Source: a virus. From it: 64,000 nucleotides of DNA. The stretch is from the IMG/VR virus record IMGVR_UViG_3300031673_000021, positions 1 to 64,000 of that record. One strand, 5' to 3'. The position numbers and the translations under genes are program-made. Shown piece by piece: positions 9,301 to 16,803 of the stretch (position 1 is its first letter; every line of letters begins with the position of its first letter). Below the pieces are notes generated by a model. The model worked only from the letters and a program-made list of their open reading frames with translations. It made no database searches and was not told where the DNA came from.

Positions 9301-9605
9301 TCTTCACTCCCTTCCGTGGGTTGTTGGAGAACTCGGCTCAACTTAACCGCGATCCAGTCTTCATAGCCCAAGTCGTTCCCGAGTGCTAACTGTTCATTTT
9401 GCCAAGTAAGGTATTCTTCACCATCTTGACGAGCCACATCCAGAATTCCTTCCCGCAACCGTTGGTTCGTTTCATCTGCTCCATCCAACTCTTTCATCAG
9501 ATATTCAATGTCAATCAACGCATGTGCGCTTGAGTAACTCAGCCGATTTGCGTGTCTTTTGACAATCTCCAACCGTTCGCGTATCTCATCTTTGCGCGTC
9601 ATCAC
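9297..9605 (-). CDS. hypothetical early protein (paralog set)
   Basis: 102 aa. N-terminal 'MMTRKDEI' is shared with the next gene upstream, and it contains an 'LREG' coiled segment. Confidence 0.5.
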   Translation of the reverse strand: MMTRKDEIRERLEIVKRHANRLSYSSAHALIDIEYLMKELDGADETNQRLREGILDVARQDGEEYLTWQNEQLALGNDLGYEDWIAVKLSRVLQQPTEGSEE

Positions 9606-9624
9606 TCGTTACCTCCTTGTAGGG
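9598..9624 (-). repeat. 27-nt gene-junction cassette, copy 1
   Basis: GTCATCACTCGTTACCTCCTTGTAGGG, identical to 9810..9836. On the minus strand it carries the stop, the AAGGAGG SD and the ATGATG start. Imperfect homology extends to about 45 nt. Confidence 0.9.
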
Positions 9625-9817
9625 TTTCGTACCACCTCTCGATCTGTTCTGGCGTGTAGCCATAATGTCTGTTGGCTAACATTTCCCCCAACGCTTCCCG
9701 CAACTGTTCAATCTTTTCGGTCAACAGTAGATTCTCTTTGAGCAGACGGGCGTTATCTTCAGCTAGTTTGCTGTGAGACCACATGCCTGTCGGTATCTCG
9801 TCCTCGCGTGTCATCAC
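9602..9817 (-). CDS. hypothetical early protein (paralog set)
   Basis: 71 aa. N-terminal 'MMTREDEI', and a C-terminal 'LREALGEM...LQGGNE' paralogous to 9814..10272. Confidence 0.5.
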   Translation of the reverse strand: MMTREDEIPTGMWSHSKLAEDNARLLKENLLLTEKIEQLREALGEMLANRHYGYTPEQIERWYETLQGGNE

Positions 9818-9836
9818 TCGTTACCTCCTTGTAGGG
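9810..9836 (-). repeat. 27-nt gene-junction cassette, copy 2
   Basis: Perfect copy of 9598..9624 at the next gene boundary. Confidence 0.9.
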
Positions 9837-10272
9837 CTTGCTCGGCCTGTTCCATGTACCAATGCGGATCATCGTGGTCTGTATTGGCCATCCCTTCCAA
9901 CGCTTCCCGCAACCGTTCCACTTCAGCGACTAATGCAGGGATGTCTTCACGGGCAGCGGCGATGAATTCAAAATCAAAATATCTGTCTTCATCTTCCAGA
10001 GCCTTAGCTATCGTTGTTGTTAACGGAAATGACCCGCCATCATTCCGACACCAGATATCCATATCATCGGCGTCAAAGTGCCACGGACCCGGTGTTGCCT
10101 TTTCCGCTCGTTCCCGAATCGCTTGCAGTTCCTCTGCATCCATTCCTTGCTTCCCCCTTTTGTGCAAAACCTGCACATTTTGCTGTACATCTGCACGGCA
10201 CGTGCAATCGAAGGATGTTACCTTAGGCATAGAGCAACGGTCCGACACGTTGACGACTGACATACCAGTCAT
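9814..10272 (-). CDS. hypothetical early protein with TPGPW motif (ead/Ea22-like?)
   Basis: Contains 'AEKATPGPWHFD'. The C-terminus is paralogous to 9602..9817. The 5' 50 nt overlap the HTH gene, so the start may be ATG 10230 or ATG 10143 ('MDAEEL', with a G-rich SD upstream). Confidence 0.45.
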   Translation of the reverse strand: MTGMSVVNVSDRCSMPKVTSFDCTCRADVQQNVQVLHKRGKQGMDAEELQAIRERAEKATPGPWHFDADDMDIWCRNDGGSFPLTTTIAKALEDEDRYFDFEFIAAAREDIPALVAEVERLREALEGMANTDHDDPHWYMEQAEQALQGGNE

Positions 10273-10498
10273 GCGCCGCCCTTAGTTGGTCAATCAACAT
10301 GTCGATCAACCGGAGGCCGCCGCAGACATCAATGATGGTTAGCAGCAGTTCATCCGGTACATTCGCGCCATTTTCCAAGCGCGATATGACCGACCGATCC
10401 ACGCCGATTGACTGGGCCAAACTCTCTTGAGTGTGACCGGAGCCTGCGCGAATCAACGCTTCCACCAAGTTCTTACCTCGCAGTACGCCTCGTTTCAT
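10223..10498 (-). CDS. XRE-family HTH regulator
   Basis: Start set to ATG 10498 (GAGGAGGTG upstream). Helix-turn-helix in 'HTQESLAQSIGVDRSVISRLENG'. Confidence 0.65.
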   Translation of the reverse strand: MKRGVLRGKNLVEALIRAGSGHTQESLAQSIGVDRSVISRLENGANVPDELLLTIIDVCGGLRLIDMLIDQLRAAHDWYVSRQRVGPLLYA

Positions 10499-10697
10499 GT
10501 GCTTCACCTCCTCACAATGGTTTGTCCAAATATCCCTCGGAGCGGTGTAAAATCCGCTCCCATCCCCTCCACTTAGAAAGGATGACCCTCCCCTATGCAG
10601 ACACTCTCTGTACGCGCTCAATCGATTCTCGACTTACTGGCAGATGTGATGCGTGACCTGGCTTTTGAACTTCGCAACGACTACGACGAGGTGGATA

Positions 10698-10823
10698 TCA
10701 AGCTGTCGATCTCTGCTGAGTAGACTTCTGACGCTCTGCACGAAGTGCGGCTTCGACACAGATTTTTGCGACGATGCGTTCGGACTCCGGGCGAAGTTTG
10801 ACCTGTTCTACCGCCAACTCCAT
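10698..10823 (-). CDS. possible 41-aa ORF (ribbon-helix-helix-like?)
   Basis: MELAVEQVKLRPESERIVAKICVEAALRAERQKSTQQRSTA. GAGGAGGTG lies just upstream, with better spacing to the in-frame TTG at 10817. Below the ORF-track cutoff. Confidence 0.3.
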   Translation of the reverse strand: MELAVEQVKLRPESERIVAKICVEAALRAERQKSTQQRSTA

Positions 10824-10860
10824 CACCTCCTCGTTTATGGATATGCGAATTCTGGTTGTC

Positions 10861-11118
10861 TCAATGGTCCGAAGCGCTGTTCTCCGCGACTAAGTCCGTA
10901 AAGGGAATGCCCAAGGTATTCGCGAGTTTCACAACGATGCCAACGCCTGGATTCTTGGTAACGCCTGTCTCGATGTCACTGATCACGGATTGTGCAACGC
11001 CTGACCGTTCCGCTAACTCTGTTTGCGAGTACCCGCTTTTATGCCTGAACTCGCGAAGTCGAATCATCGTTCGAGTCACCGCCCTTTCTGTAACCATATT
11101 ACCGTATCTCCGATACAT
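10861..11118 (-). CDS. Cro-like XRE-family HTH regulator
   Basis: 'YSQTELAERSGVAQSVISDIETG' HTH, divergent from the 11215 HTH gene. Start uncertain (ATG 11118, 11097 or 11067). Confidence 0.75.
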   Translation of the reverse strand: MYRRYGNMVTERAVTRTMIRLREFRHKSGYSQTELAERSGVAQSVISDIETGVTKNPGVGIVVKLANTLGIPFTDLVAENSASDH

Positions 11119-11193
11119 TAGTCAACGGATATCCGATACATTGGTTAAATTTCTGTAGGTTCCCCATGCTAAACTGATTTCGAATACATCGGA
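11109..11193. promoter_or_regulatory. divergent control region with three operator-like half-sites
   Basis: TCCGATACATT at 11109-11119 and 11132-11142, and an inverted near-copy AATACATCGGA at 11183-11193, all between the two divergent HTH genes. Confidence 0.45.
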
Positions 11194-11214
11194 AACCCGA
11201 TAGGTGGAAAATTC

Positions 11215-11526
11215 ATGGATGTTAGACAACGTATTATCGACCTACGAACCGAAACTGGAATTTCTACGAACCGGCTTGCAAAGTTGGCCTCCATCGGGCA
11301 ATCAACGTTGAGCGATATTGAGGCCGGTAATGTCAAACCAAGCATTGATTCGCTCGAAAAGATTTGCCTGGCGCTTGGAATCTCGATGGCCGATTTTTTT
11401 GAAGATGGTGTCGATGAATTCTCAATCGATGTCCGCCGTCTTCTTCAGACCATCCAGTCCCTCACTCCCACTCAGCGAGAACTCTTGGACAAGTTCCTGA
11501 GAGAAATGAAAGGAGATGCCCGTTGA
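11215..11526 (+). CDS. XRE-family HTH repressor-like protein
   Basis: 103 aa. 'ISTNRLAKLASIGQSTLSDIEAG' HTH, on the opposite strand to the early operon. Confidence 0.8.
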   Translation: MDVRQRIIDLRTETGISTNRLAKLASIGQSTLSDIEAGNVKPSIDSLEKICLALGISMADFFEDGVDEFSIDVRRLLQTIQSLTPTQRELLDKFLREMKGDAR

Positions 11527-11870
11527 CGCTAAACAATGAATACACAATGGTAGAAGCGTTCAGTGGTAATAAGTTCCCAGTCCGGTATGGGTTGAATATC
11601 GGCGCAGGGTTGATTGAATTGCCCGACCATTTATTGATGTGTATCCACGTGGAACATTCTTCCATTGCGTTCCTTGACCGAGATACAAACGGAATCTACG
11701 ACATCGCTGCTATAGTGGATATTGACCGAGAAGCAGATAATGTCCGTCTGCGTCTAGGCTCTCCCGGTATTGCATTAATTCGCGTGGATAGCGGAAGTGA
11801 AATTACGAACCAGTTTGACAGCATCAAATATGTTGACTTTCTGGTTCGCGCGGCCAAACAGCATCTTTGA
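11523..11870 (+). CDS. hypothetical protein coupled to the HTH gene
   Basis: 115 aa. TTG start overlaps the HTH stop by 4 nt. No motif recognised. Confidence 0.5.
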   Translation: MTLNNEYTMVEAFSGNKFPVRYGLNIGAGLIELPDHLLMCIHVEHSSIAFLDRDTNGIYDIAAIVDIDREADNVRLRLGSPGIALIRVDSGSEITNQFDSIKYVDFLVRAAKQHL

Positions 11871-12030
11871 ATCGCGGGTCGAATCTAATGTTAAGATTCA
11901 TCCCAAGTTCCTTAACTCGCGTTGTAGACGTAAGTACGATTCCGCACCGCGGACAACACATATACACACGCGGCCAAAGTGCTCCACAACTCGTGCATAT
12001 CGAGCCAGCCTGGATCTCCGTGTCGTTCAT
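11824..12030 (-). CDS. zinc-ribbon small protein
   Basis: 68 aa with 'CTSCG...CCPRCG'. 4-nt overlap with the HNH-AP2 gene. Its 3' end overlaps the convergent plus-strand gene by 47 nt. Confidence 0.4.
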   Translation of the reverse strand: MNDTEIQAGSICTSCGALWPRVYMCCPRCGIVLTSTTRVKELGMNLNIRFDPRFKDAVWPREPESQHI

Positions 12031-12620
12031 ACTGTCACCTCCTCTGGCGTAGCGCCCCGAATCTCCGTTCCTGCGTCCGGACTGAAAGGCATCAATTCCC
12101 GACGCGCATTGATTGCGACCTGTTCGGCTATCCGGATGTCATCGTAAAATCCCAGCCTATATCTCACTTTGTTAACCTGCATTTGAACTTCCCACTTTTG
12201 AGTTGCTTTGCTCCAACTCACACCGCGTATTCCTGTTCTGCTGTCAATGTGAGAACGGCTGATGTTTTGCAGATTTTCGGATTGAGTGACTATACGCAAA
12301 TTTGACCTACGGTTGTTTAATGGATTGTGGTCAATGTGGTCGACTATCCACCCTTTTTCCGCGCCAGTAATTAAACGGTGCAGATAAAAGCTTGTTCGTC
12401 CATATTTTCCTGGCGTATTTGCCTTAACGTAGATTCGATTCGACCTTTCCTCCCGCGCAGGTCCCGCAAACCATCTGGTGCTGATCGAACTCGCCAATTT
12501 CAAATCGGAAACGTCAATCAATGTCTCCAAACTTGGCGCACTCCTACGCTTGAGGAAAATAACTGCCACGTCTCCACGAACCTCAAAGTCATTTCGCAAC
12601 TGCCTCCACCTCACTTCCAA
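12027..12620 (-). CDS. HNH + AP2-domain homing endonuclease
   Basis: 'VDHIDHNPLNNRRSNLRIVTQSEN' (HNH_3) followed by 'TGIRGVSWSKATQKWEVQMQVNKVRYRLGFY' (AP2 DNA-binding domain). Confidence 0.8.
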   Translation of the reverse strand: MEVRWRQLRNDFEVRGDVAVIFLKRRSAPSLETLIDVSDLKLASSISTRWFAGPAREERSNRIYVKANTPGKYGRTSFYLHRLITGAEKGWIVDHIDHNPLNNRRSNLRIVTQSENLQNISRSHIDSRTGIRGVSWSKATQKWEVQMQVNKVRYRLGFYDDIRIAEQVAINARRELMPFSPDAGTEIRGATPEEVTV

Positions 12621-12993
12621 TCACAAGTCTTAGCGGGCCAAATCGTTGCTCTTGAAGCCGGATGGCTTTCTGCAGATTCTCTTCACTCGCGTGTGCCCAA
12701 TCGTGGCACTTCCAGCAGATCCACATCAGGTTCCGTTCGTCGTGAACGTGTGTGAGTGTGTACCACTCCGGGTGAACCCGATACCTGCCTCTAGGGACTG
12801 TATGATGCACTTGGTCTCCACGTCCGCCACAGACTCGACAGTAAACATCGCGCTCCGCGATGTACTCGCGTAACTCTTTGGTGTAATCGCTGTCCTTGCG
12901 CTTCGTGTGTCGTTTATTCGGTCTTGCGTATTGATTTTTCAAAGGACCAGACCGCTGTAGTTCTGTCTTGCGCTTGAGCGGCGACCGCTTCAT
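12589..12993 (-). CDS. NinG/HNH-like nuclease
   Basis: 'MKRSPLKRKTELQRSGPLK' N-terminus, with 'CRVCGG...VHHTVPRG...CWKCHDWAH' Cys/His motifs. Confidence 0.6.
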   Translation of the reverse strand: MKRSPLKRKTELQRSGPLKNQYARPNKRHTKRKDSDYTKELREYIAERDVYCRVCGGRGDQVHHTVPRGRYRVHPEWYTLTHVHDERNLMWICWKCHDWAHASEENLQKAIRLQEQRFGPLRLVIGSEVEAVAK

Positions 12994-13862
12994 CGAACGC
13001 TCAACACCCGCATGGAACCCATGTTCACTTCCTTGGCAATCGTTCGATAAATCTCTTTGAGTCGCGGGTCATTGTCGATTACGTCCATGCGGTTGGTTTT
13101 GCTGACCTGCGTTTTTGCTGCCCCTGCATCCTCCATGCGCTTCTTGAGGTTTCGGAGGCGAGCGTCAAGGTCACAATGTGCGCGTTCTTCCAGCAACCGA
13201 TAACTGCGAGTGCGCATATCTTGGTAATCCACCTGGGACCGATACGCCGCGCTTGTGATAAGTCCATTCACTTGCCTGCGCCAATCCTCATCACGTTGGA
13301 GGAATGTGTCCTGCATAACCTCGACAGCTTCCGTGACCTGTTCCAGTTTCTGTGTTGCCTCCGCTAATTGGAGTTGTGTCTTAGCAACTGACTCGAACAT
13401 CAGGTGAAACATTTGCATCTGTGGATCTAACTTCGCAATGTCGATTCCATCGGTAGCTTTGACGATGTAGTAGCCATCGACCAAGGCTTCATATGCCGAC
13501 CATGCTTGATCCGTGTTGAGTGACTTCGCATGCATCCAAGCGCCTTTTTCACTCCAGAGATACAGACTGTTGACGTTCGGAGCAATTCCGCAATTTGCGT
13601 ATTCGCGTTTGAAATCTTTGAGTTCGTCGCCTTCCAGCAGGTAAAAATGTTTAGGTGCTGTGTACCTGGCAACGTTGCGGATGAAGTTTTCAGAAATGCG
13701 TCTTACATCACTTCCAAAGGACTCGGCCAACTGCGCCGTGGTCAGGACTCGTTGCCCGCCATGCTCAATCACCATTAACTCGTTCACTGTTTCAACCCCC
13801 TCCATTGGTAAATGTTTTGAATTGTCAAGGTGCAGATGGTGACTTACGCTTAAGTGCCACAA
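12990..13862 (-). CDS. antirepressor-like protein (ORF6N/KilA-N-type N-terminal domain)
   Basis: 'IEHGGQRVLTTAQLAESFG...ISENFIRNVARYTAPKHFYLLEG...LYLWSEKGAWMHAKSL'. Start uncertain (TTG 13862 or ATG 13805). Confidence 0.65.
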   Translation of the reverse strand: MWHLSVSHHLHLDNSKHLPMEGVETVNELMVIEHGGQRVLTTAQLAESFGSDVRRISENFIRNVARYTAPKHFYLLEGDELKDFKREYANCGIAPNVNSLYLWSEKGAWMHAKSLNTDQAWSAYEALVDGYYIVKATDGIDIAKLDPQMQMFHLMFESVAKTQLQLAEATQKLEQVTEAVEVMQDTFLQRDEDWRRQVNGLITSAAYRSQVDYQDMRTRSYRLLEERAHCDLDARLRNLKKRMEDAGAAKTQVSKTNRMDVIDNDPRLKEIYRTIAKEVNMGSMRVLSVR

Positions 13863-13870
13863 ACAGCTTT

Positions 13871-14101
13871 TTATGCCGAACTTGATTGACCATGTTCATC
13901 ATGGATGACAACATCGTCAAAAAAAATGTCGTTCACAGGCGTGTTGTAATGCTTCGCGATTGCCAGCATTAGCGAACCGTTTGGGTTAACGCGTTCCTTC
14001 TCGATTTGGATAATTGCTTGGCGCGAAGCACAAACTGCATCGGCTAACTGTTGTTGGCTCTCGTCATGGTCTCTTCTGATTTTGCGAACACAATTCTTCA
14101 A
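13871..14101 (-). CDS. Cro-like XRE-family HTH regulator
   Basis: 76 aa. 'ESQQQLADAVCASRQAIIQIEKE' HTH, divergent from the CI-like gene. Confidence 0.8.
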   Translation of the reverse strand: MKNCVRKIRRDHDESQQQLADAVCASRQAIIQIEKERVNPNGSLMLAIAKHYNTPVNDIFFDDVVIHDEHGQSSSA

Positions 14102-14228
14102 AGGGTCTCCCCCTTTCTCCGTGTCATCCTTGGGTTACAAGTACAGTGTATCCCATGGATTACATGCTGTCAACCATGAAGTACAGATATTTGCGTTTTG
14201 TTTTGTAATGTTTGGTTTACAATCAGCA
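14102..14228. promoter_or_regulatory. divergent cro/cI control region
   Basis: 127-nt AT-rich intergenic region containing inverted repeat TTGTAA-N8-TTACAA (14203-14222) and several TACA-containing repeats. No promoter hexamers assigned confidently. Confidence 0.4.
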
Positions 14229-15221
14229 ATGGGGGTGCATGTAGTGAATTTTGGCGAAGTGTTGAGAGTTCTTCGTGGTAACATGAGCCTGCGCGAAGCA
14301 TCTCGTTTAACAGGTATCAGCCACACATATTTAGATCGACTTGAAAAAGGGGTCGATCCTAGAACCGGGAAACAAATCGAACCGTCTGGTTCTGTCTTAA
14401 ATGCTCTCGCAAATGCGTATAACGTACCCGCAGAGCTAATGCTTATTTTGGTTGGATATATTGACATCATAAAAACGAGTCGAGATCCTGAAATGGTCGA
14501 AATAATGGACAATCTATATCCAACCACCGATAAAGAGCAAATACTTCGATTGATCGAAATGTGGAGAATACAAACAAATGACCGAAAGTTTGATTCGGAC
14601 AGAGAAAGAACATTGGCGGAAACAGACTTCATTACCCGCAATTTATCTCGTCAAGATACCGACCAAGGAAATCAAGACGATAGCGCAGGACAAACTACCT
14701 ACATTCCAAAGGACAAAATACCCATGCCGCAGAATGCCGAAAGGAGTATGTTGGGGTTCCACCCTTCACTCAATGTCCAGCGTAACCAACAGATCGTCAG
14801 AGATGCGCCGGACAAATACACCGAGGGCTACCGTGAAAAAGCTATAATGATCCCTGTCCTCGGTGTCATCCGGGCTGGTTACGACTTATACGCAGAGCAG
14901 CAGGTGATCGACGTGAAATGGGTTCCTGAGGGTGATGTAGCGGATGGAGAATATTTTTATCTGCTGGTCACTGGTGACTCAATGTCGGGCGCGAACATTT
15001 TAGAGGGCATGCGTGTATTGGTTCGGAGACAGGACTGGGTTGACGACGGCAAGATTGGTGTCGTCCTTATCAATGGCGATGAGGCGACGCTTAAGTATGT
15101 CTTCCACGAAGATTCTTATTTCATACTTCAGGCGGCCAATGCAACATATGCACCACGCAAGGTGCCTGTGGAAGAAACACGTATTCTCGGCCAAGTCAAA
15201 GAAGTCGTGTGGTCCGTATGA
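14229..15221 (+). CDS. CI-like repressor (XRE HTH + S24 LexA-type autopeptidase)
   Basis: Start set to ATG 14229. N-terminal HTH 'SLREASRLTGISHTYLDRLEKG'. C-terminal 'LLVTGDSMSGANILEGMRVLV...ATLKYV' supplies the Ser/Lys dyad context. Confidence 0.85.
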   Translation: MGVHVVNFGEVLRVLRGNMSLREASRLTGISHTYLDRLEKGVDPRTGKQIEPSGSVLNALANAYNVPAELMLILVGYIDIIKTSRDPEMVEIMDNLYPTTDKEQILRLIEMWRIQTNDRKFDSDRERTLAETDFITRNLSRQDTDQGNQDDSAGQTTYIPKDKIPMPQNAERSMLGFHPSLNVQRNQQIVRDAPDKYTEGYREKAIMIPVLGVIRAGYDLYAEQQVIDVKWVPEGDVADGEYFYLLVTGDSMSGANILEGMRVLVRRQDWVDDGKIGVVLINGDEATLKYVFHEDSYFILQAANATYAPRKVPVEETRILGQVKEVVWSV

Positions 15222-16618
15222 CGGTCGCTCTTTATATTCGTGTGAGTACGGATGAGCAGGCAAAAGACGGATTCTCCATTGAACATCAGAAACAACGTCT
15301 TGCAGCGTTTTGTGAGTCACAAGGGTGGAATTCATACGAATTTTATATCGATGACGGATATACCGGAACGAATCTGAACCGGCCACAACTCACGCGATTG
15401 ATTCGTCATGTACGGAATCGCAGCGTCAACATAGTTCTGGTGCATCGTTTGGATCGTTTGAGCCGCAAACAGAAAGACGTGCTTTATCTTCTTGAAGATG
15501 TGTTTGACTCCAATGATGTTGCGTTTCGATCAGCCACGGAACCCTTTGACACGTCTACCCCACTCGGCAAAGCCATGCTCGGTATCCTCGCTGTGTTCGC
15601 GCAATTGGAACGAGACACTATCGTCGAGCGGGCGACATCGGGCAAACATGAGCGTATCCGACAGGGGCTATGGTATGGGGGCCCAATTCCCTATGGATAC
15701 GATTGGTCAACAGAGGAACAGCGGCTTGTCGTGAATCCGGCACAAGCGAGAATCATTCAGGAAATGTACGAACACGCATTGCGCGGACAGCCTTATACAA
15801 CTATTGCGAAATGGGCTTCCAGACGCTCTAGGGAACGTTTATTCGGGCATCACAAGACACTCCTCTATATGCTGACGAATCCTCTTTATATGGGCAAACT
15901 CAATCAGCGTGGCGTACACATCAACGGACTGCACGAAGCCATTGTAAGCGAGGAGACATGGCAGGCTGTGCAGAAGGAAATTCGGATACGCAAAAACGGT
16001 CGCGCGATCTATGGAAAGTATCTTCTCAGCGGAATCCTTGTATGTGGTGTCTGCGGCTCATCCATGAAACACATACGAATACAAGACCGTCGATTCAACC
16101 CCCCAAAAATCCGCGACTATTATTTGTGCTCCACCAAGCATTCCGGTCATTCTTGTTCATCCCGATACGTCCCACAACAGGAACTGGAGGACCGAGTTAT
16201 CAACACATTGAAGGACAAATCCGTTGATCCCGACATGGTGATACAGGAACTTTCCGCCCGACGCGAGGATATCAATAGTGTAGAGTCAACGATAGACGCA
16301 CTCAATCGACAACTCGACGAGGTAAAAGTCAAACTGGAACGATGGTACGCTGCCATTGAAAGCGGAATGGACCTCGGCAAGGTTATGCCGCGGATACATG
16401 AGCTAGAGGATGAACAGAAGGCAATTATGCTGCAACTTGATGAATTGGACGGTGCAGACTACGAAGAAACAAACACACGCATTCTTGACTCCTTACACCA
16501 AATCGGACAACAATGGGATAACATGACGAATGAAGAACGCAACGCCGTTTTACACGCTGCGGTCAAGACTATCACGGTAAATTCGGACGGTACGCTCGTG
16601 TTCACCTGGGATGCTTGA
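15218..16618 (+). CDS. large serine recombinase (integrase)
   Basis: 'ALYIRVSTDEQ' catalytic Ser motif, 'HRLDRLSR', a recombinase domain, zinc ribbon 'CGVCGSS...YYLCSTKHSGHSCSS', and a coiled-coil. ATG 15218 overlaps the cI stop (ATGA). Confidence 0.9.
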   Translation: MTVALYIRVSTDEQAKDGFSIEHQKQRLAAFCESQGWNSYEFYIDDGYTGTNLNRPQLTRLIRHVRNRSVNIVLVHRLDRLSRKQKDVLYLLEDVFDSNDVAFRSATEPFDTSTPLGKAMLGILAVFAQLERDTIVERATSGKHERIRQGLWYGGPIPYGYDWSTEEQRLVVNPAQARIIQEMYEHALRGQPYTTIAKWASRRSRERLFGHHKTLLYMLTNPLYMGKLNQRGVHINGLHEAIVSEETWQAVQKEIRIRKNGRAIYGKYLLSGILVCGVCGSSMKHIRIQDRRFNPPKIRDYYLCSTKHSGHSCSSRYVPQQELEDRVINTLKDKSVDPDMVIQELSARREDINSVESTIDALNRQLDEVKVKLERWYAAIESGMDLGKVMPRIHELEDEQKAIMLQLDELDGADYEETNTRILDSLHQIGQQWDNMTNEERNAVLHAAVKTITVNSDGTLVFTWDA

Positions 16619-16633
16619 TGTTATCACTTTATA

Positions 16634-16690
16634 GGGAAACGCTTCAGTGTTTCCACTTCAAGTGAGAACAAAGACCCTCACCGAAGTGGG
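16634..16690. other. nested palindromes downstream of int (attP candidate)
   Basis: GGAAAC-N8-GTTTCC (16635-16654). CCACTTCAAGTGAG (16653-16666) faces CTCACCGAAGTGG (16677-16689). Confidence 0.3.
16667..16690 (+). repeat. 24-nt perfect direct repeat, left copy
   Basis: AACAAAGACCCTCACCGAAGTGGG, identical to 18513-18536. Weaker similarity continues for about 15 nt. Confidence 0.9.
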
Positions 16691-16803
16691 TCCTTATCGA
16701 CATGGCATAAACTGATGACGCAAATTCAAGTTGAAGGAAATGGGTGTTTACTATCGAATATCTTTACTTGTCCAATTTTGTGAAAACGATATGAGGTGCG
16801 TAA

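Noticed and set aside
7971-9836. Three early proteins end in '...LQGG(N/D)(S)E'. This looks like a ubiquitin-like Gly-Gly precursor tail and hinted at a phage Ubl-conjugation theme.
   Set aside because: At the nucleotide level the Q-G-G codons (CAA GGA GGT, or CAA GGT GGT) are the Shine-Dalgarno sequence of the downstream, stop/start-coupled gene. The motif is a by-product of the junction cassette, and no E1/E2/JAB-like genes are present.
10653-10901. An 82-aa plus-strand ORF between the HTH genes.
   Set aside because: It has no SD. It overlaps the 3' end of the Cro-like gene and the better-supported 41-aa minus-strand ORF. Its composition is Ser/Leu/Cys/Arg-rich and looks non-coding.
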